Shown: positions 1 through 10,610 of the stretch, piece after piece
Numbering within the stretch: the first letter of the stretch is position 1
How the letters are laid out: each line of letters starts with the position of its first letter
Program-made: the position numbers and the translations under genes
The notes under the pieces: generated by a model
What the model saw: the letters and a program-made list of their open reading frames with translations, nothing else
What the model was told of the DNA's origin: nothing
Database searches by the model: none
From: an uncultured delta proteobacterium
GTDB taxonomy: Bacteria; Desulfobacterota; Syntrophia; Syntrophales; UBA5619
Assembly: GCA_963817385.1 (NCBI GenBank)
Contig: CAWFOM010000005.1
Span: 32,001 to 96,000 of the forward strand
Reading direction: 5' to 3'
Length of the DNA stretch: 64,000 bases

Positions 1-1193
1 TCCGTTCACCTGAATCCGGCAATTCTTTTCGGTGAACCGTTGCGGTGAACAAGCAGCCCTCCCTATCGTCGGTAAAGTCGATATCCGGCCATTTCTCCAG
101 CGCCCGCTTGATCCCTGAGCCGAGCCCGTGATAGGGCAATAGCCCCTTGGCCACAAACGAAACCAGAATCGGGTTGCGGATATTGGACATCCCCGTACGG
201 ATTTTCTCCACCGTGAGGTTATCGGGCAGATGGCCGGGGCTGATGATCTCGATGCGGTTGTCGAAGATGAAAAGGCGAATCGTGGCGCTGACCAGATAGT
301 CGCGGTGGATCAGGGCGTTGACCAGAAGCTCTTCGAAAACCGCCTCCGGGATCTCCGGCAGTCCCGGCGCGTTGACGCCGCGCCCGGCCTGCACCTTATG
401 CAGGTTGCGCATGACAAACGCCAATGAATCGTCGAATACCTTGCGCAGGGGACCGGAAAAATCCTCGGTATCGACATAGTCGCTGATGTGGATTTCGTTT
501 CCCGGATAGCGGATCGCCTTCACGACAAACTGGGGTTTGATCCACTCCGGGCGCTCGGCAAACAGGAGGACGCCCGCCAGATTCAGCATCCCCTCAGCGG
601 TGGCCAGGTTCATATTCTGTAAAAGCCGCAGGAGTTCGGCGGGGGAGTCGGGATATTCCTGCTTGTAGCACATCACGCAGGAAATCACGAAAGCGCAGCT
701 TGTCGAGCTTGTCGATTCCGGCCTTGGTGGGCAGTTCATCGGCATGGAACTGATCGGAAATCTGGAAGAGCCGGCGCAGCTCTTCCTTGGAATTGATCCT
801 CCGCTTGTCCGCCCCGCACTTGAACCAGATGACGCCGTTTTTGTCGAAGTAGGGCTTGTCGATTCCCTTGGGCACGGTCATGACGATGACGATGCGCCGG
901 TTTGGAAGCCGGACGTTTTCCGTCTGAACGGCCAGCGGGCTGCGCACATGCTGGCTGGCCGCGTTGCTGATGAGTTGGTTGATCCGGGCGACATCCTCTC
1001 GCGTCAGGCCGGGCGTGGAACCGTCATTCGCCACGCCGATGACGATCGTCCCGCCTTCGGAATTGGCTAAAGCGGCCATCTCCGAGGCCAGGGCGTCGCC
1101 GTTCTTCACGTTGGCCTTGAACTGGCGGGTGTCCCTTTTCGAAGGGATTGATTGGCTCGCCGGAGAAATCACCTCGTGGGTGAAGGCCATCAA
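1..1193 (-). CDS. Schlafen/AlbA_2 DNA-binding domain + HATPase_c_4 (RecG C-terminal-like) protein; frameshifted at ~668 and running off the window edge
   Basis: ORF 594..1193 has the AlbA_2 motif ALANSEGGTIVIGVANDG. Removing one base at ~668 gives an open continuation to position 1 (YKQEYPDSPAELL...EELLVNALIHRDY...IEIISPGHLP...IRNPIL...GLGSGI), typical of HATPase_c_4. Confidence 0.8.
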
Positions 1194-1405
1194 TAGTGAC
1201 AGACCTGAAGTGTGAGGCGCTCCGCCGAACTATATACCTTCAAAAGGCCGAGGAAATTCTTGAGGGTCGGGTTCCCTTTCGGACCGAGCATGCAGCGCAG
1301 GCTCTTCTCGTTTATCTGCAATTCCCAGGCAATATCGGCGATGGATTCGGTGGCGTTCAGATAGTTGCGCAGCAGCGCCTTGCCCGTTTCCATATCGAAG
1401 ATCAT
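1190..1405 (-). pseudogene. 5'-truncated HTH antitoxin-like / addiction-module antidote transcriptional regulator
   Basis: DMETGKALLRNYLNAT...KSLRCMLGPKGNPTLKN resembles the C-terminal two-thirds of HigA-like antidote proteins. The N-terminus is replaced by restriction-gene sequence. Confidence 0.55.
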
Positions 1406-1655
1406 TGATCACCGGCGTAGGGTCGTACTGCTGGGCCGCGCTGGAGAGCCCCTTCCCCTCGTCGAAGATGATCTGCTGCTGAACCGCAGTTCCTTTGCGT
1501 TTCCGGGGTTTGGGAATCGGCGTGATGAACTCCGCCCGGCGGCGGTTCTCGATGATCCGTTGCGTCGGCTGACCGGAAGGATCGATCTCCCAGTGTCGCG
1601 CCGGGTATCGGTAAGGAGAGTTGAGGATGGGCCTTTCGAAGAATCGATTTTCCAT
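1395..1655 (-). pseudogene. N-terminal fragment (~87 aa) of a type III-like restriction endonuclease/helicase (BPTD_3080-like family)
   Basis: MENRFFERPILNSPYRYPARHWEID..GQPTQ.IIE.RR.AEFITPIPKP...QYDPT..IN.LR matches my recollection of this family's N-terminus. Similarity stops at ~1395 and no helicase motifs follow. Confidence 0.6.
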
Positions 1656-1874
1656 GCTACGATTTTCTCCGGATGTGACCATGGCAAGTTCAGGTGCAAA
1701 AGGCCTGGCGGCGGTTTTCGATGATCTGTTGCGTCGGTTGACCGGAAGCATCGAGCTCCCAGTGCCGCTCCGGGTATCGGTAAGGTGAGTTGAGGATGGG
1801 CCTTTCGAAGAATCGATTTTCCATGCTACGCTTTTCTCCGGATGTGACTATGGCAACCTCAGGTGCAAAAGGCC
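1538..1874. repeat. Tandem direct repeat, 2 x 168 bp (1538-1705, 1707-1874), period 169
   Basis: Manual alignment shows 12 substitutions and no indels. Each copy contains upstream sequence, the ATG and the first 39 codons of the restriction-like gene. Confidence 0.95.
1707..1824 (-). pseudogene. Second, shorter (39-codon) copy of the restriction-gene 5' end
   Basis: MENRFFERPILNSPYRYPERHWELDASGQPTQQIIENRR, then runs into the upstream region of the other copy and stops. Confidence 0.7.
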
Positions 1875-2271
1875 AAATCGATGGCACTTCATACATCAAT
1901 CCCGAACAAACAGCAAGATATCATGCCAATTTTATGAGTAATGATCTGCAGGGGAAGGAGGTAATTCTACGGCGATCAAGCAGCAGGCTCAACCTTGAAA
2001 ATTGAAAAGTTCTATAGCAAGCACTGCATATCCGCTTAAACAAGGCTGAAGGTCATTGAGATTAAAAAACCGATGAGGATGGCGAAAAAAACGAGGAACA
2101 GCTTTTTGTTTGACATTCGCTATTTACCTCCTGATGTGGGTTACGGAAGCGGGAAAGCCAATATGATAATGGTAGGAAGTTACTATCACCTCTCGTGAGG
2201 AGATGTCAATCGATACTTTGTCATCGCTCATCGCGGGTGTCACGGACCCATACAGGCCATTTGCGCTGCAC

Positions 2272-2658
2272 TTACCCTTTGAGGGCCAGTAACAGCTCCT
2301 TCGGCATTCTCCTTGCCTTATTGCCCGGCCCGAGGCAGGCCAACGTCACCTTGGCGTCCACCAGGATCGTTCCATCAGAAACACGGACCGCCCGCTGACC
2401 TAATGTGCAGGTGGCACCGGTGATCTCCAGGACCGTCGTCTCGATCCGAATGAGATCATCCAGGACGGCGGGGACGAGATAGTCGATCTCCAGCCGCATC
2501 ACCGGGATGAGATAGCCCTGTTCATGAAGTTTCCGGATGGAAAGCCCGCGCTCTCGCAGGAATTCAGTCCGTCCCCGTTCGAGATACCGCAGGTAATTGG
2601 CGTAATAGACCACTCCCCCGGCATCCGTATCCTCATAGTAAATGCGTAGTTCCGTCAT
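2272..2658 (-). CDS. ybgC: YbgC/FadM family acyl-CoA thioesterase (hotdog fold)
   Basis: RIYYEDTDAGGVVYYANYLRYLERGRTE signature, 128 aa. Confidence 0.88.
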   Translation of the reverse strand: MTELRIYYEDTDAGGVVYYANYLRYLERGRTEFLRERGLSIRKLHEQGYLIPVMRLEIDYLVPAVLDDLIRIETTVLEITGATCTLGQRAVRVSDGTILVDAKVTLACLGPGNKARRMPKELLLALKG

Positions 2659-2786
2659 AGAGCCTTTTTTCGAATCCGGCAGCGAACGCAGACTTTCCAG
2701 GATGCGGGTCTTCTTTACCTTTTATGCCAAGACGCCGTCAAGCACCATGACGATCCGGTCATTCGGGTGTCTCGCAGCCCCCTCAT

Positions 2787-2822
2787 AAAAAATATCGCCT
2801 GCCGGAGCGATTTCCGGCAGGC
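2787..2822 (-). terminator. Probable intrinsic terminator after the usp gene
   Basis: 10-bp stem GCCTGCCGGA/TCCGGCAGGC followed on the minus strand by a T6 run. Confidence 0.6.
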
Positions 2823-2888
2823 AGGCTAATTCTTCACGCATTCACAAGGACGGCTGAGGCAGGGGGTACTCTACGCAGTATAGGTCAT

Positions 2889-3371
2889 TTATGCACGGCA
2901 AGCGTCCGGTCTGATTAAAAGCACCGGCACATTCGACTCATGCAGAACCTTTAATGCGATGCTGCCTAACATCATCTTTTTCATGCCGGTGTACCCATGA
3001 GTTGTTATCACAATCAGATCTACACCGTTCTTCTGGGCGTAATCGGTGATGGTATGGGAAGGCCTGTTGGACTCGACGGTTTCCGTCTTGACGTTAATGC
3101 CCTCGGGAGCGAGCCGGGATTTGACTTTTGCGAGATATTTCTTTGATTTATCCATGAACGTTTTCTTAAAGGCATTATAATCAAATATTACCGGATGTCC
3201 CCCGTCTTCACCCGCTTCTCTCCAGGGAATATCAACGACGACGGCATTTAACAGGACAACTTCCCCGACGGGACCGTCTTGAAGCAGTTTTTTAACATGA
3301 TTCAACGAGCATTCCGCTAATTCTGAACCGTCAAGGGGTACCAATATTTTCTTATACATTCTTGCCTCCAT
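2889..3371 (-). CDS. Universal stress protein (UspA family)
   Basis: YKKILVPLDGSELA N-terminus; DLIVITTHG...LGSIALKVL...PVLLIRP C-terminus. Confidence 0.93.
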   Translation of the reverse strand: MEARMYKKILVPLDGSELAECSLNHVKKLLQDGPVGEVVLLNAVVVDIPWREAGEDGGHPVIFDYNAFKKTFMDKSKKYLAKVKSRLAPEGINVKTETVESNRPSHTITDYAQKNGVDLIVITTHGYTGMKKMMLGSIALKVLHESNVPVLLIRPDACRA

Positions 3372-3763
3372 TTCGTATCCGGTTTTGTTATGTCCGTATC
3401 TTCGACGCCCCTATCCGCACTTGCTTCAAGCGGAAAGCCATGCTCCGACAGATTCCGCTGCCGGAGCAATAATGACATTTCCCTTGTTTCGTATATACAT
3501 ATCGGGGATCCTGGGTATAAATCAATGAGGATAAAATAGATGCCTAATGGTAGGCAAAAACTACTCGCTCATAGTTGTCATATAAGACGTCCGGTGCTTA
3601 TCTCGCGACCATCATGTGATCGCTCAATGAAGAGATGAAAATGGGGGAACTCCCGCTAAACATGTGATACAGATATCCGGAGCGGGCTATTACTCCCGAC
3701 GATAATGGAAAAAGCTATAGTTCCAGCCGGCGCCGCTTAGCACACGACAGAAGGAGGAATCAG

Positions 3764-6274
3764 ATGAACAACCAGGCCAGGACAAATGCCGAGCTGACCG
3801 AAGAGATATCCGTCTTAACGCAGAGGATCCGAGAACTGGAAGATTCGGAAGCAGAACGCAAACGAGCGGTGGAGGCGCTGCGGGAAAGCCAAGAGATCTT
3901 CAGTCAGTTCATGGAGAATAGCCCAATCTATGTTTTTTTTAAGGATGACCATATCAGAGCAATTCGGTTAAGCCGTAATTATGAGAAAATGCTGGGGCGA
4001 CCGATGCACGAGTTGCTCGGCAAAACCATGGACGATCTCTTTCCCTCCGACCTGGCAAAAAGAATGATTGCCGACGACCTGAACATCTTACGGGAAGAGA
4101 AGCAAATAACTATCGAAGAAGAATTAAACGGGCGGATCTATACGACAATAAAATTCCCAATCCAATACGAGGGGAAACCCCGCTATCTGGCCGGTTACAC
4201 CATCGACATCACCGAACGCAGGAAGGCTGAGGAGGAGGCCCGCGAGCTATTGCTGATGCTTGAAGCAGTCCCCAGCGGTGTTATCGTCCATGATGCCGAT
4301 GGACAGTTCCTCTATGCCAACCAGCGAACCTTCGATCTGCACGGCTACAGCCGCGATGAGTTCATGGCCCTTACCCTCCATCGGATCACGGTGCCTGCAT
4401 CCCAAAGACTGATAGCCGCAAGGATGCAGGAACTGATTGCCCATGGTGAGATATCCTTCGAAGTGGAGCACCTGAGGAAAAACGGCACGATCCTGCCCCT
4501 GATGGTTCACGTCAAGAAAATCACCTGGGGCGGGAAAAGCGTCTTCCTCAGCGTTCAGACCGATATCACCGGCCGCAAGCAGGCGGAAATGGCGTTGCGT
4601 CGCCAGAACGTCTATCTGGAGGCGCTCAATGAAACCGCAGTGGGCCTGATGCAACGGATGGATCTGGCGGACCTGTTTCAGGCCATCGTCGTCAGGGCTA
4701 CGCGGTTCGCGGGGTCGGAGGAGGGGTGGATCTGTATTTATGAACCCGAGAGCGGTGATTTCGAGTTCAAAGCCGCCATGGGACGAAGTCCAATCCGGAG
4801 CGGTTTGCGTTTCAAATCCGGCCGGGGGCTTGCCGGGGAGGTCTGGCGCACCGGTCGGACTGTCCTGATGGACGACTACCAGACCTGGCCCCGAGCGAAT
4901 GTCAAGGATTATACGTTACGCCGCGCAACAGTGGCCGTCCCGCTCCGGTATGAGGGCCGGCTCGCCGGGATCATCGGCCTGTCGCACTATGATGCCGAGC
5001 GGCGCTTCGAGGATGACGACGTGGCCATGCTGGAGCGCCTGGCGGAACTGGCATCGATCGCCCTCCACAACGCCCGGCTCTACGATCAAGTGAAACAGGA
5101 ACTCGCCATGCGCACGAGCCTGGAGGCCGAGCGGGACCTCATGCAGACCAGGCTCCTGCAAAGCCAGAAGATGGAGGCTATGGGGACCCTTGCCGGCGGC
5201 ATTGCCCACGACTTCAACAATCTCCTCATGGGGATTCAGGGCTATGCTTCCTTGACGCTGCTGGATCTGGATGCCTCCGATCCCAATCATGAGCGGCTCC
5301 TGCGCATCCAGGAACAGGTGCAAAGCGGGGCGGATTTGACGAAACAGCTGTTGGGATTTGCCCGGGGGGGGAGATATGAGGTGAAGCCCGCGGATATGAA
5401 TGACATCATAGAAAAGTCTTCCTCCCTGTTCGGGAGAACCAAGAAGGAAATCTCCATCCATCGGAAATACGGGAAAGATCTCTGGACCGTGGAGGCCGAC
5501 CGGGGACAGCTGGATCAGGTATTCATGAACCTGTATGTGAATGCCTGGCAGGCCATGCCGGGGGGAGGGGCGATTTATCTGGAAACGGAGAATATTATTC
5601 TGAGCGAAGCACAGGTGATTCCCTCCGCCGCCGAGCCGGGGAAATATGTGAAGATAACGATCACCGATACCGGTACCGGGATGGACGCGAAAACGCGGGA
5701 GCGGATCTTTGATCCTTTTTTCACGACGAAGGCAATGGGAAGAGGGACGGGATTAGGACTGGCGACGGTCTATGGGATCATCAGGGGCCACAAAGGCATG
5801 ATCAATGTGTACAGCGAGCCCGGTCACGGGACGACATTCACTATCTATCTTCCGGCTTCGGAGAAGGCCGTGTTCCATGAGCGGGCGGATTCCGGAACAA
5901 TCGTTCGAGGGACAGAGACAATACTCGTAGCAGACGATGAAAAGGTGGTCCTGGAAGTGAGTGCGGAAATGCTGACGTCTCTGGGGTACCGAGTCTATGC
6001 GGCAGGGAGCGGTCAGGAGGCCCTCGCCGTTTTCATGGAAAAAAGAAATGAAATTGATTTGGTCATCCTGGACATGATCATGCCGGGGATTTCGGGAGGA
6101 GAGACGTTCGATCGTCTCCGGGAGATCAATCCCGAGATCAAGGTCCTTCTTTCCAGCGGGTACAGCATCAACGGAGAAGCCAAGACGATCATGGACCGCG
6201 GCTGCAACGGGTTCCTCCAGAAGCCGTTTCGCCTAAATAAACTCTCCGGCAAGATCAGGGAGATGTTGGACTAA
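3764..6274 (+). CDS. PAS-PAS-GAF hybrid sensor histidine kinase/response regulator
   Basis: H-box [26 protein letters not shown] and GTGLGL boxes; receiver [18 protein letters not shown]. Confidence 0.95.
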   Translation: MNNQARTNAELTEEISVLTQRIRELEDSEAERKRAVEALRESQEIFSQFMENSPIYVFFKDDHIRAIRLSRNYEKMLGRPMHELLGKTMDDLFPSDLAKRMIADDLNILREEKQITIEEELNGRIYTTIKFPIQYEGKPRYLAGYTIDITERRKAEEEARELLLMLEAVPSGVIVHDADGQFLYANQRTFDLHGYSRDEFMALTLHRITVPASQRLIAARMQELIAHGEISFEVEHLRKNGTILPLMVHVKKITWGGKSVFLSVQTDITGRKQAEMALRRQNVYLEALNETAVGLMQRMDLADLFQAIVVRATRFAGSEEGWICIYEPESGDFEFKAAMGRSPIRSGLRFKSGRGLAGEVWRTGRTVLMDDYQTWPRANVKDYTLRRATVAVPLRYEGRLAGIIGLSHYDAERRFEDDDVAMLERLAELASIALHNARLYDQVKQELAMRTSLEAERDLMQTRLLQSQKMEAMGTLAGGIAHDFNNLLMGIQGYASLTLLDLDASDPNHERLLRIQEQVQSGADLTKQLLGFARGGRYEVKPADMNDIIEKSSSLFGRTKKEISIHRKYGKDLWTVEADRGQLDQVFMNLYVNAWQAMPGGGAIYLETENIILSEAQVIPSAAEPGKYVKITITDTGTGMDAKTRERIFDPFFTTKAMGRGTGLGLATVYGIIRGHKGMINVYSEPGHGTTFTIYLPASEKAVFHERADSGTIVRGTETILVADDEKVVLEVSAEMLTSLGYRVYAAGSGQEALAVFMEKRNEIDLVILDMIMPGISGGETFDRLREINPEIKVLLSSGYSINGEAKTIMDRGCNGFLQKPFRLNKLSGKIREMLD

Positions 6275-6356
6275 AACAGGATCTTTCCGGGCGTCGTTCA
6301 TTGTTTCCGGGTTGCGGAACCGCCGGACTTCAGAAGCGGGGATCTTGGTGAAAAGG

Positions 6357-7580
6357 CTACAACAGGGCGTCGCGGAGGAACTGGATGGGGTGGAGGACCG
6401 TGCGCTTTGTCAACTGACGGATCTGCATCCGGCAGCCTTCGCAGTCGGTGAGGATCACCTCGGGAGCGATCCGGGCGACCTCCTTTGCCAGGTCCCTCCC
6501 GATATCCTCGGTGATCGGGTACTTCTCCTTCTTGAAGCCGTAGAGCCCCCCCAGGCCGCAGCAGTCCGCTTCGATCAGGCGGATGTCGAGCTCCGGGACC
6601 AGCCGGAGGAGCTCCAGGGCGGGAAGGCCGATGTTGAGCGACTTCAGGTGGCACGGGGCGAAGTAGGCGGCCTTCACGGGGCTCGGCCGGAACGTCACGT
6701 CCGTTTTTCCTTCTTCGCGCAGGTGCAGCAGGTACTCGCAGATGTCGAAGAGATGTCTCGCGAGTTCCTCTGCGCCCGGGAGGTTCAGGAGCGGGCCATA
6801 CTCGTGGCGGAGCATCAGACCGCAGCTCGTCGAGGAAAAGACGATGTCGGTTCCCTCCCGCACGGTCGGCAGGAGCGAGGCGAGATTCCGGCCTCCCATC
6901 TCCTTCGCCCCCGGCAGATCACCGATGCCGAGGCGGGGAATGCCGCAGCAGCGCTGGGGAGGGACAGCGACGGAAAGACCATGGGCCTCCAGGAGCGCCA
7001 CGGCGGCCTTTCCCACGTCGACTTCGTTCGTGTTCGTAAAGCAGCCGTGGAAGTAGGCGATCCGCGGCCGGCCGCCGGCGCCGGTCGCCGCGGGACGCGT
7101 GCGGAACCACTCCCGGAAGGTCGGGTATTCATAGTCGGGCAGCGCCCGCCGCCGGTCGATTTCGAGAATCCGATCGAGGAGCCATCGGACGGTTCGGTTC
7201 TTCATCAACGGGTTGACGATCCGGGAGAAACGGGCGGCCAGCTCGCCGAAGAGGTCGCTCCGGACGAGGAGCCAGTCCCGGAAGGTTCTTCCCCGCTCGT
7301 CGAGGTACTTAGCCTTCGCACGCAGGTTCAGCTCGGAGATGGGAACGCCGGCGGGGCAGACCGTGTCGCAGAGGCGGCAGGAGGTGCACAGTTCGATCCA
7401 GTCGTCCACGGAGGCTTCAGCGGCCGAGCGGAACCGCTGCGCCCCGGGACCGGCCTGCTTCGGCCCCGGGAAGCGGGGCGTCACCCGGGCCACCGGGCAG
7501 ACGGCCATGCAGGTGGCGCATCGGACACAGACATCCGGGAGCGCATGGGGGGGAGTGCGGGTTTCTTCTTCATGTTTCAT
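6357..7580 (-). CDS. glpC: Anaerobic glycerol-3-phosphate dehydrogenase subunit C
   Basis: Two CxxCxxCxxxCP motifs, FPGPKQAGP, two CCG domains; overlaps the glpB stop. Confidence 0.9.
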   Translation of the reverse strand: MKHEEETRTPPHALPDVCVRCATCMAVCPVARVTPRFPGPKQAGPGAQRFRSAAEASVDDWIELCTSCRLCDTVCPAGVPISELNLRAKAKYLDERGRTFRDWLLVRSDLFGELAARFSRIVNPLMKNRTVRWLLDRILEIDRRRALPDYEYPTFREWFRTRPAATGAGGRPRIAYFHGCFTNTNEVDVGKAAVALLEAHGLSVAVPPQRCCGIPRLGIGDLPGAKEMGGRNLASLLPTVREGTDIVFSSTSCGLMLRHEYGPLLNLPGAEELARHLFDICEYLLHLREEGKTDVTFRPSPVKAAYFAPCHLKSLNIGLPALELLRLVPELDIRLIEADCCGLGGLYGFKKEKYPITEDIGRDLAKEVARIAPEVILTDCEGCRMQIRQLTKRTVLHPIQFLRDALL

Positions 7581-8803
7581 GACACAAGCGCCCCCTTTGC
7601 GGCCAGGTAGCCCGTGGCGATTGCGATCCCTTCCCGGGAGTGCTCTTCGATGGCCTCGTGGTGGGCCAGGATCGAGCCCGCGACCCAGACGTTCGACAGG
7701 ACGGTCCTTCCTCCTTCATCCACCGGCCGGAGGGCCGCATCGGTGACGATCCCCGCGCGGTGGATCGGGTGCGCCTCGGGTTGGAAAAACCGTTCCCGGA
7801 ACCACTCGCCGCGCGTGGCCGGCTGGGAGACGGGGAGGCGAAAGAGGGGCTCGGAAACCCTCTCCATGTCGGCCCAGAGGCCGCCGCCGAGGAAACGGCC
7901 GGTGGCCAGGATGTAATTCTCCGCCCGGTATTCGGTCTCCAGCGGCGGATTGCAGACCGTGATCCCCTCGCACCGTCCGTCTTTCACGGTGGCGCCGGTG
8001 ACGGGATTCCCCATCAGAAAGGTCGCCCCCTTCGCGATCAGGAGCTCCCGAAAACGGTTGAATATCCGGAGACCGGGGATTGACGGGGGGAGCATCGGGA
8101 TCTCGAAGATGCGTGCGCCGATTACCCCTTCCAGATCCTCTATCACCGCAGCCGGCTCACGGAGGCCGAGGACGGCGGGGAGGCCGATCCGTTTTTCTCC
8201 GGCCTTTTGGCCCCGGATCGTCTCGCCGATGCTGTTCCGGAACGGCTCCTCATCCATCAGCCGTGCGAGGGCGAGCGCGCTTAAGCCCTCCAGGCCGTAG
8301 CGGGGAAGCGGGATGTTCACCCCGCGGCACTTGAGATGGAGGGAGACCGTGTCCCCCTGGAAATCCTTGAACCCCCGGAAACCGACGATCAGCGTCTCTG
8401 ACGCTGTGATCCCTGCACCGGCCCGCATCGTGACCGGGAGGAGATAGGTGGGGCGCAGCGTCCCGGCGCCGGTGGGGACGAGGCTGTTGCTCACGCCTGC
8501 GGCGACGAAGCTGTAGGGAGGTGGAAAGAGTTCCCGGAAGGCGATGAGCGCCTCCGCGATCCCCGCCCATCCCGTCCGGGCGTAGGGGTGATCCGGGTGC
8601 GCCGCGATCCAGTTGACGATCCCCGTCTCCAGGTTCACACCGGGGGGTATCGCTCCCAGGACGTCGATCGTGTTTCCGAAGAGGGTGAGCGACCCCATCC
8701 CCCGGCCTACGATGAGGACCCGCGCCCCCATCTCGACCGCCGTCCGGGCGGCGGTAAGCCCTGTGAGCCCGGTCCCGATGACGATCAGATCCCAGCGCTT
8801 CAT
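7577..8803 (-). CDS. glpB: Anaerobic glycerol-3-phosphate dehydrogenase subunit B
   Basis: FAD motif DLIVIGTGLTG, EIPMLPPSIPGLR, ATGRFLGGGL; start MKRWD at 8803 overlaps the glpA stop (ATGA). Confidence 0.9.
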   Translation of the reverse strand: MKRWDLIVIGTGLTGLTAARTAVEMGARVLIVGRGMGSLTLFGNTIDVLGAIPPGVNLETGIVNWIAAHPDHPYARTGWAGIAEALIAFRELFPPPYSFVAAGVSNSLVPTGAGTLRPTYLLPVTMRAGAGITASETLIVGFRGFKDFQGDTVSLHLKCRGVNIPLPRYGLEGLSALALARLMDEEPFRNSIGETIRGQKAGEKRIGLPAVLGLREPAAVIEDLEGVIGARIFEIPMLPPSIPGLRIFNRFRELLIAKGATFLMGNPVTGATVKDGRCEGITVCNPPLETEYRAENYILATGRFLGGGLWADMERVSEPLFRLPVSQPATRGEWFRERFFQPEAHPIHRAGIVTDAALRPVDEGGRTVLSNVWVAGSILAHHEAIEEHSREGIAIATGYLAAKGALVS

Positions 8804-10371
8804 GCCTGACTCCCTTCGGGCCTGTCCCCTTCCTCGGGGGTGAGATTGAAGAGTCCCTTGTAGATCGACTCGATCAGCTCCTCTTCTTTCAGTGAGATCC
8901 CCCAGAGGACGGGGCGGATCCCCTTCCATCGCTCTTCGAGAAATCCCTTCAGGATGCGGTTGGAGCCGCCGAGCCCTTCCCCTTTCTGCATTTCGTTCAG
9001 GACGCCCAGGAGGCGGTAGACGCAGAACCCCCCCTGGCAGGTTCCCTTGGCGAGACGGGTGCGGTGGAGGATGTCCTGGAGCTCCCGGACTTTACCATCC
9101 CGGAGGATCGCGTCCACGGTTTCCCGGGGGACGAGCTCGCAGTCGCACAGGAGCTCTCCCCGGGAGGCGGGGGCCTGCCGCCGGAGCCACAGGAGCCGGT
9201 CCTTCAGGGCATGGCTCAGGCCGGCGCCGGGGAGGCGCTGGACGTGGGTAAGGCAGGGGACATGGAGGCCCATCTTTTCACAGATGAAGTCGACGACCTT
9301 TTCCGCCATGAGGCGATAGGTCATGAGCTTCCCGCCGGTGATCGTGATGAGCCCCATAACGCCATCGCGGCTTTCGTGGTCGATCAGGGCGAACCCGCGG
9401 CTGATCTCCCGGTCGTCGCCGGTCTTGGCTGACTGCACGAGGGGGCGGACGCCGGCGTAGGCGCGGGTGAACCGTTCCCCCTTGATGGCGGGGATCATCC
9501 GGGAGAGTTCTTCGACCAGGAAGGAGACCTCTTCCGGGGTGACTTCGAAATGCTCCAGGTTCTCCTCGCGGAGCGAGGTCGTCCCGAGGATGGAGACGGT
9601 GTCGTTCGGGACGATGATGTCGCCGCTGGCGGGGGGGCGGCAGCGGTTGATGACCCGTTCGCTGAGGCGGGTATTGGTGATCAGCATGGAACCTTTGGAG
9701 AGGGCGATGCCGATCTGAAGGCCCGCAAGCCCCAGGATCTGGTTCGCCCAGGCGCCCGTTGCGTTGACCACCCAGGCGGCGGCGATGGCGTATTCTTCCC
9801 GGGTGATCCGGTCCCGGACCCTGGCGCCGCTGACCCGGAGGCCGTCGCGGATGAGGCCCACGACTTCGGTGTGGAGGAGGAAGCGCGCCCCGCGGGATTC
9901 GGCGTCCCGGGCATTTTCCACGACCAGGGTGAAGGGATCGACCGCCCCGTCGGGGACCTGTACGGCGCCGATGATGAGCGGATTGAGCCGCGGTTCCATC
10001 GACAGCGCCTCGCGCGGGGAGAGAGGCAGGGTTTCGATCCCCGCCGCCTCGCAGGCGCGAATGAGGGTGGCGCGGTATTCGGGGCCGTCTTCGGGGAGCG
10101 AGACGAAGAGTCCCCCGGTGTCTTCGATGCAGTGGGGGGCGATCTTCCTCAGAATCTTGTTTTCGGCGATGCATTCCCGGGCCGCCTCGGGATCGTTGAC
10201 GGCGTAGCGGCCGCCGCTGTGGAGGAGTCCCTGGTTTCTGCCGGACGCGCCGGAGGTGAAGTCACCCTTTTCCACGAGGAGGGAGGGGATGCCGCGCAGC
10301 GCAAGATCGCGCGAGATGCCGGCCCCCGTCGCACCGCCGCCGATGATGAGCACTTCCGTTTGCAGATCCAT
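8800..10371 (-). CDS. glpA: Anaerobic glycerol-3-phosphate dehydrogenase subunit A
   Basis: IIGGGATG, GASGRNQGLLHSGGRYAV, ITGGKLMTYRLMAE, C-terminal CDCE...GTCQGGFC 2Fe-2S domain. Confidence 0.93.
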   Translation of the reverse strand: MDLQTEVLIIGGGATGAGISRDLALRGIPSLLVEKGDFTSGASGRNQGLLHSGGRYAVNDPEAARECIAENKILRKIAPHCIEDTGGLFVSLPEDGPEYRATLIRACEAAGIETLPLSPREALSMEPRLNPLIIGAVQVPDGAVDPFTLVVENARDAESRGARFLLHTEVVGLIRDGLRVSGARVRDRITREEYAIAAAWVVNATGAWANQILGLAGLQIGIALSKGSMLITNTRLSERVINRCRPPASGDIIVPNDTVSILGTTSLREENLEHFEVTPEEVSFLVEELSRMIPAIKGERFTRAYAGVRPLVQSAKTGDDREISRGFALIDHESRDGVMGLITITGGKLMTYRLMAEKVVDFICEKMGLHVPCLTHVQRLPGAGLSHALKDRLLWLRRQAPASRGELLCDCELVPRETVDAILRDGKVRELQDILHRTRLAKGTCQGGFCVYRLLGVLNEMQKGEGLGGSNRILKGFLEERWKGIRPVLWGISLKEEELIESIYKGLFNLTPEEGDRPEGSQA

Positions 10372-10440
10372 AAATCTCCGCTTGAGTGAGAGGGACCGAC
10401 TTGTCAGAAAACCCCCAGTATTATGAGGCCTTATGCAAAT

Positions 10441-10469
10441 TTGCTAACAGGATTCCCCGGGATTGTCAA
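10441..10469 (-). promoter_or_regulatory. Candidate sigma-70 promoter of glpABC
   Basis: TTGACA-17 nt-TAGCAA with TG extension, 70 bp upstream of glpA. Confidence 0.5.
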
Positions 10470-10531
10470 GGCAAATGAGAATTTTCGACCTTCGGGCGTT
10501 TAACCCGTTCGTGCCGGTCACAATGCGGATA

Positions 10532-10559
10532 TTGCCTGATCAATAAGATGTGGTACAAT
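10532..10559 (+). promoter_or_regulatory. Candidate sigma-70 promoter of the FGGY kinase gene
   Basis: TTGCCT-16 nt-TACAAT with extended -10 (TGn). Confidence 0.5.
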
Positions 10560-10610
10560 CCGCCGCGTCATGGTACGTAATCCATCGGTGATTATCGAGG
10601 AGCAGCATTG

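Noticed and set aside
1538..1874. CRISPR array or DGR template/variable repeat
   Set aside because: Only two long units with no spacers, differences not confined to adenines, and no cas or reverse transcriptase gene in the window.
1912..1929. Sigma-54-like TTGGCATGATATCTTGCT upstream of the restriction fragments (minus strand)
   Set aside because: The GG-GC spacing is 11 nt rather than the required 10; valid only if an indel error is present.
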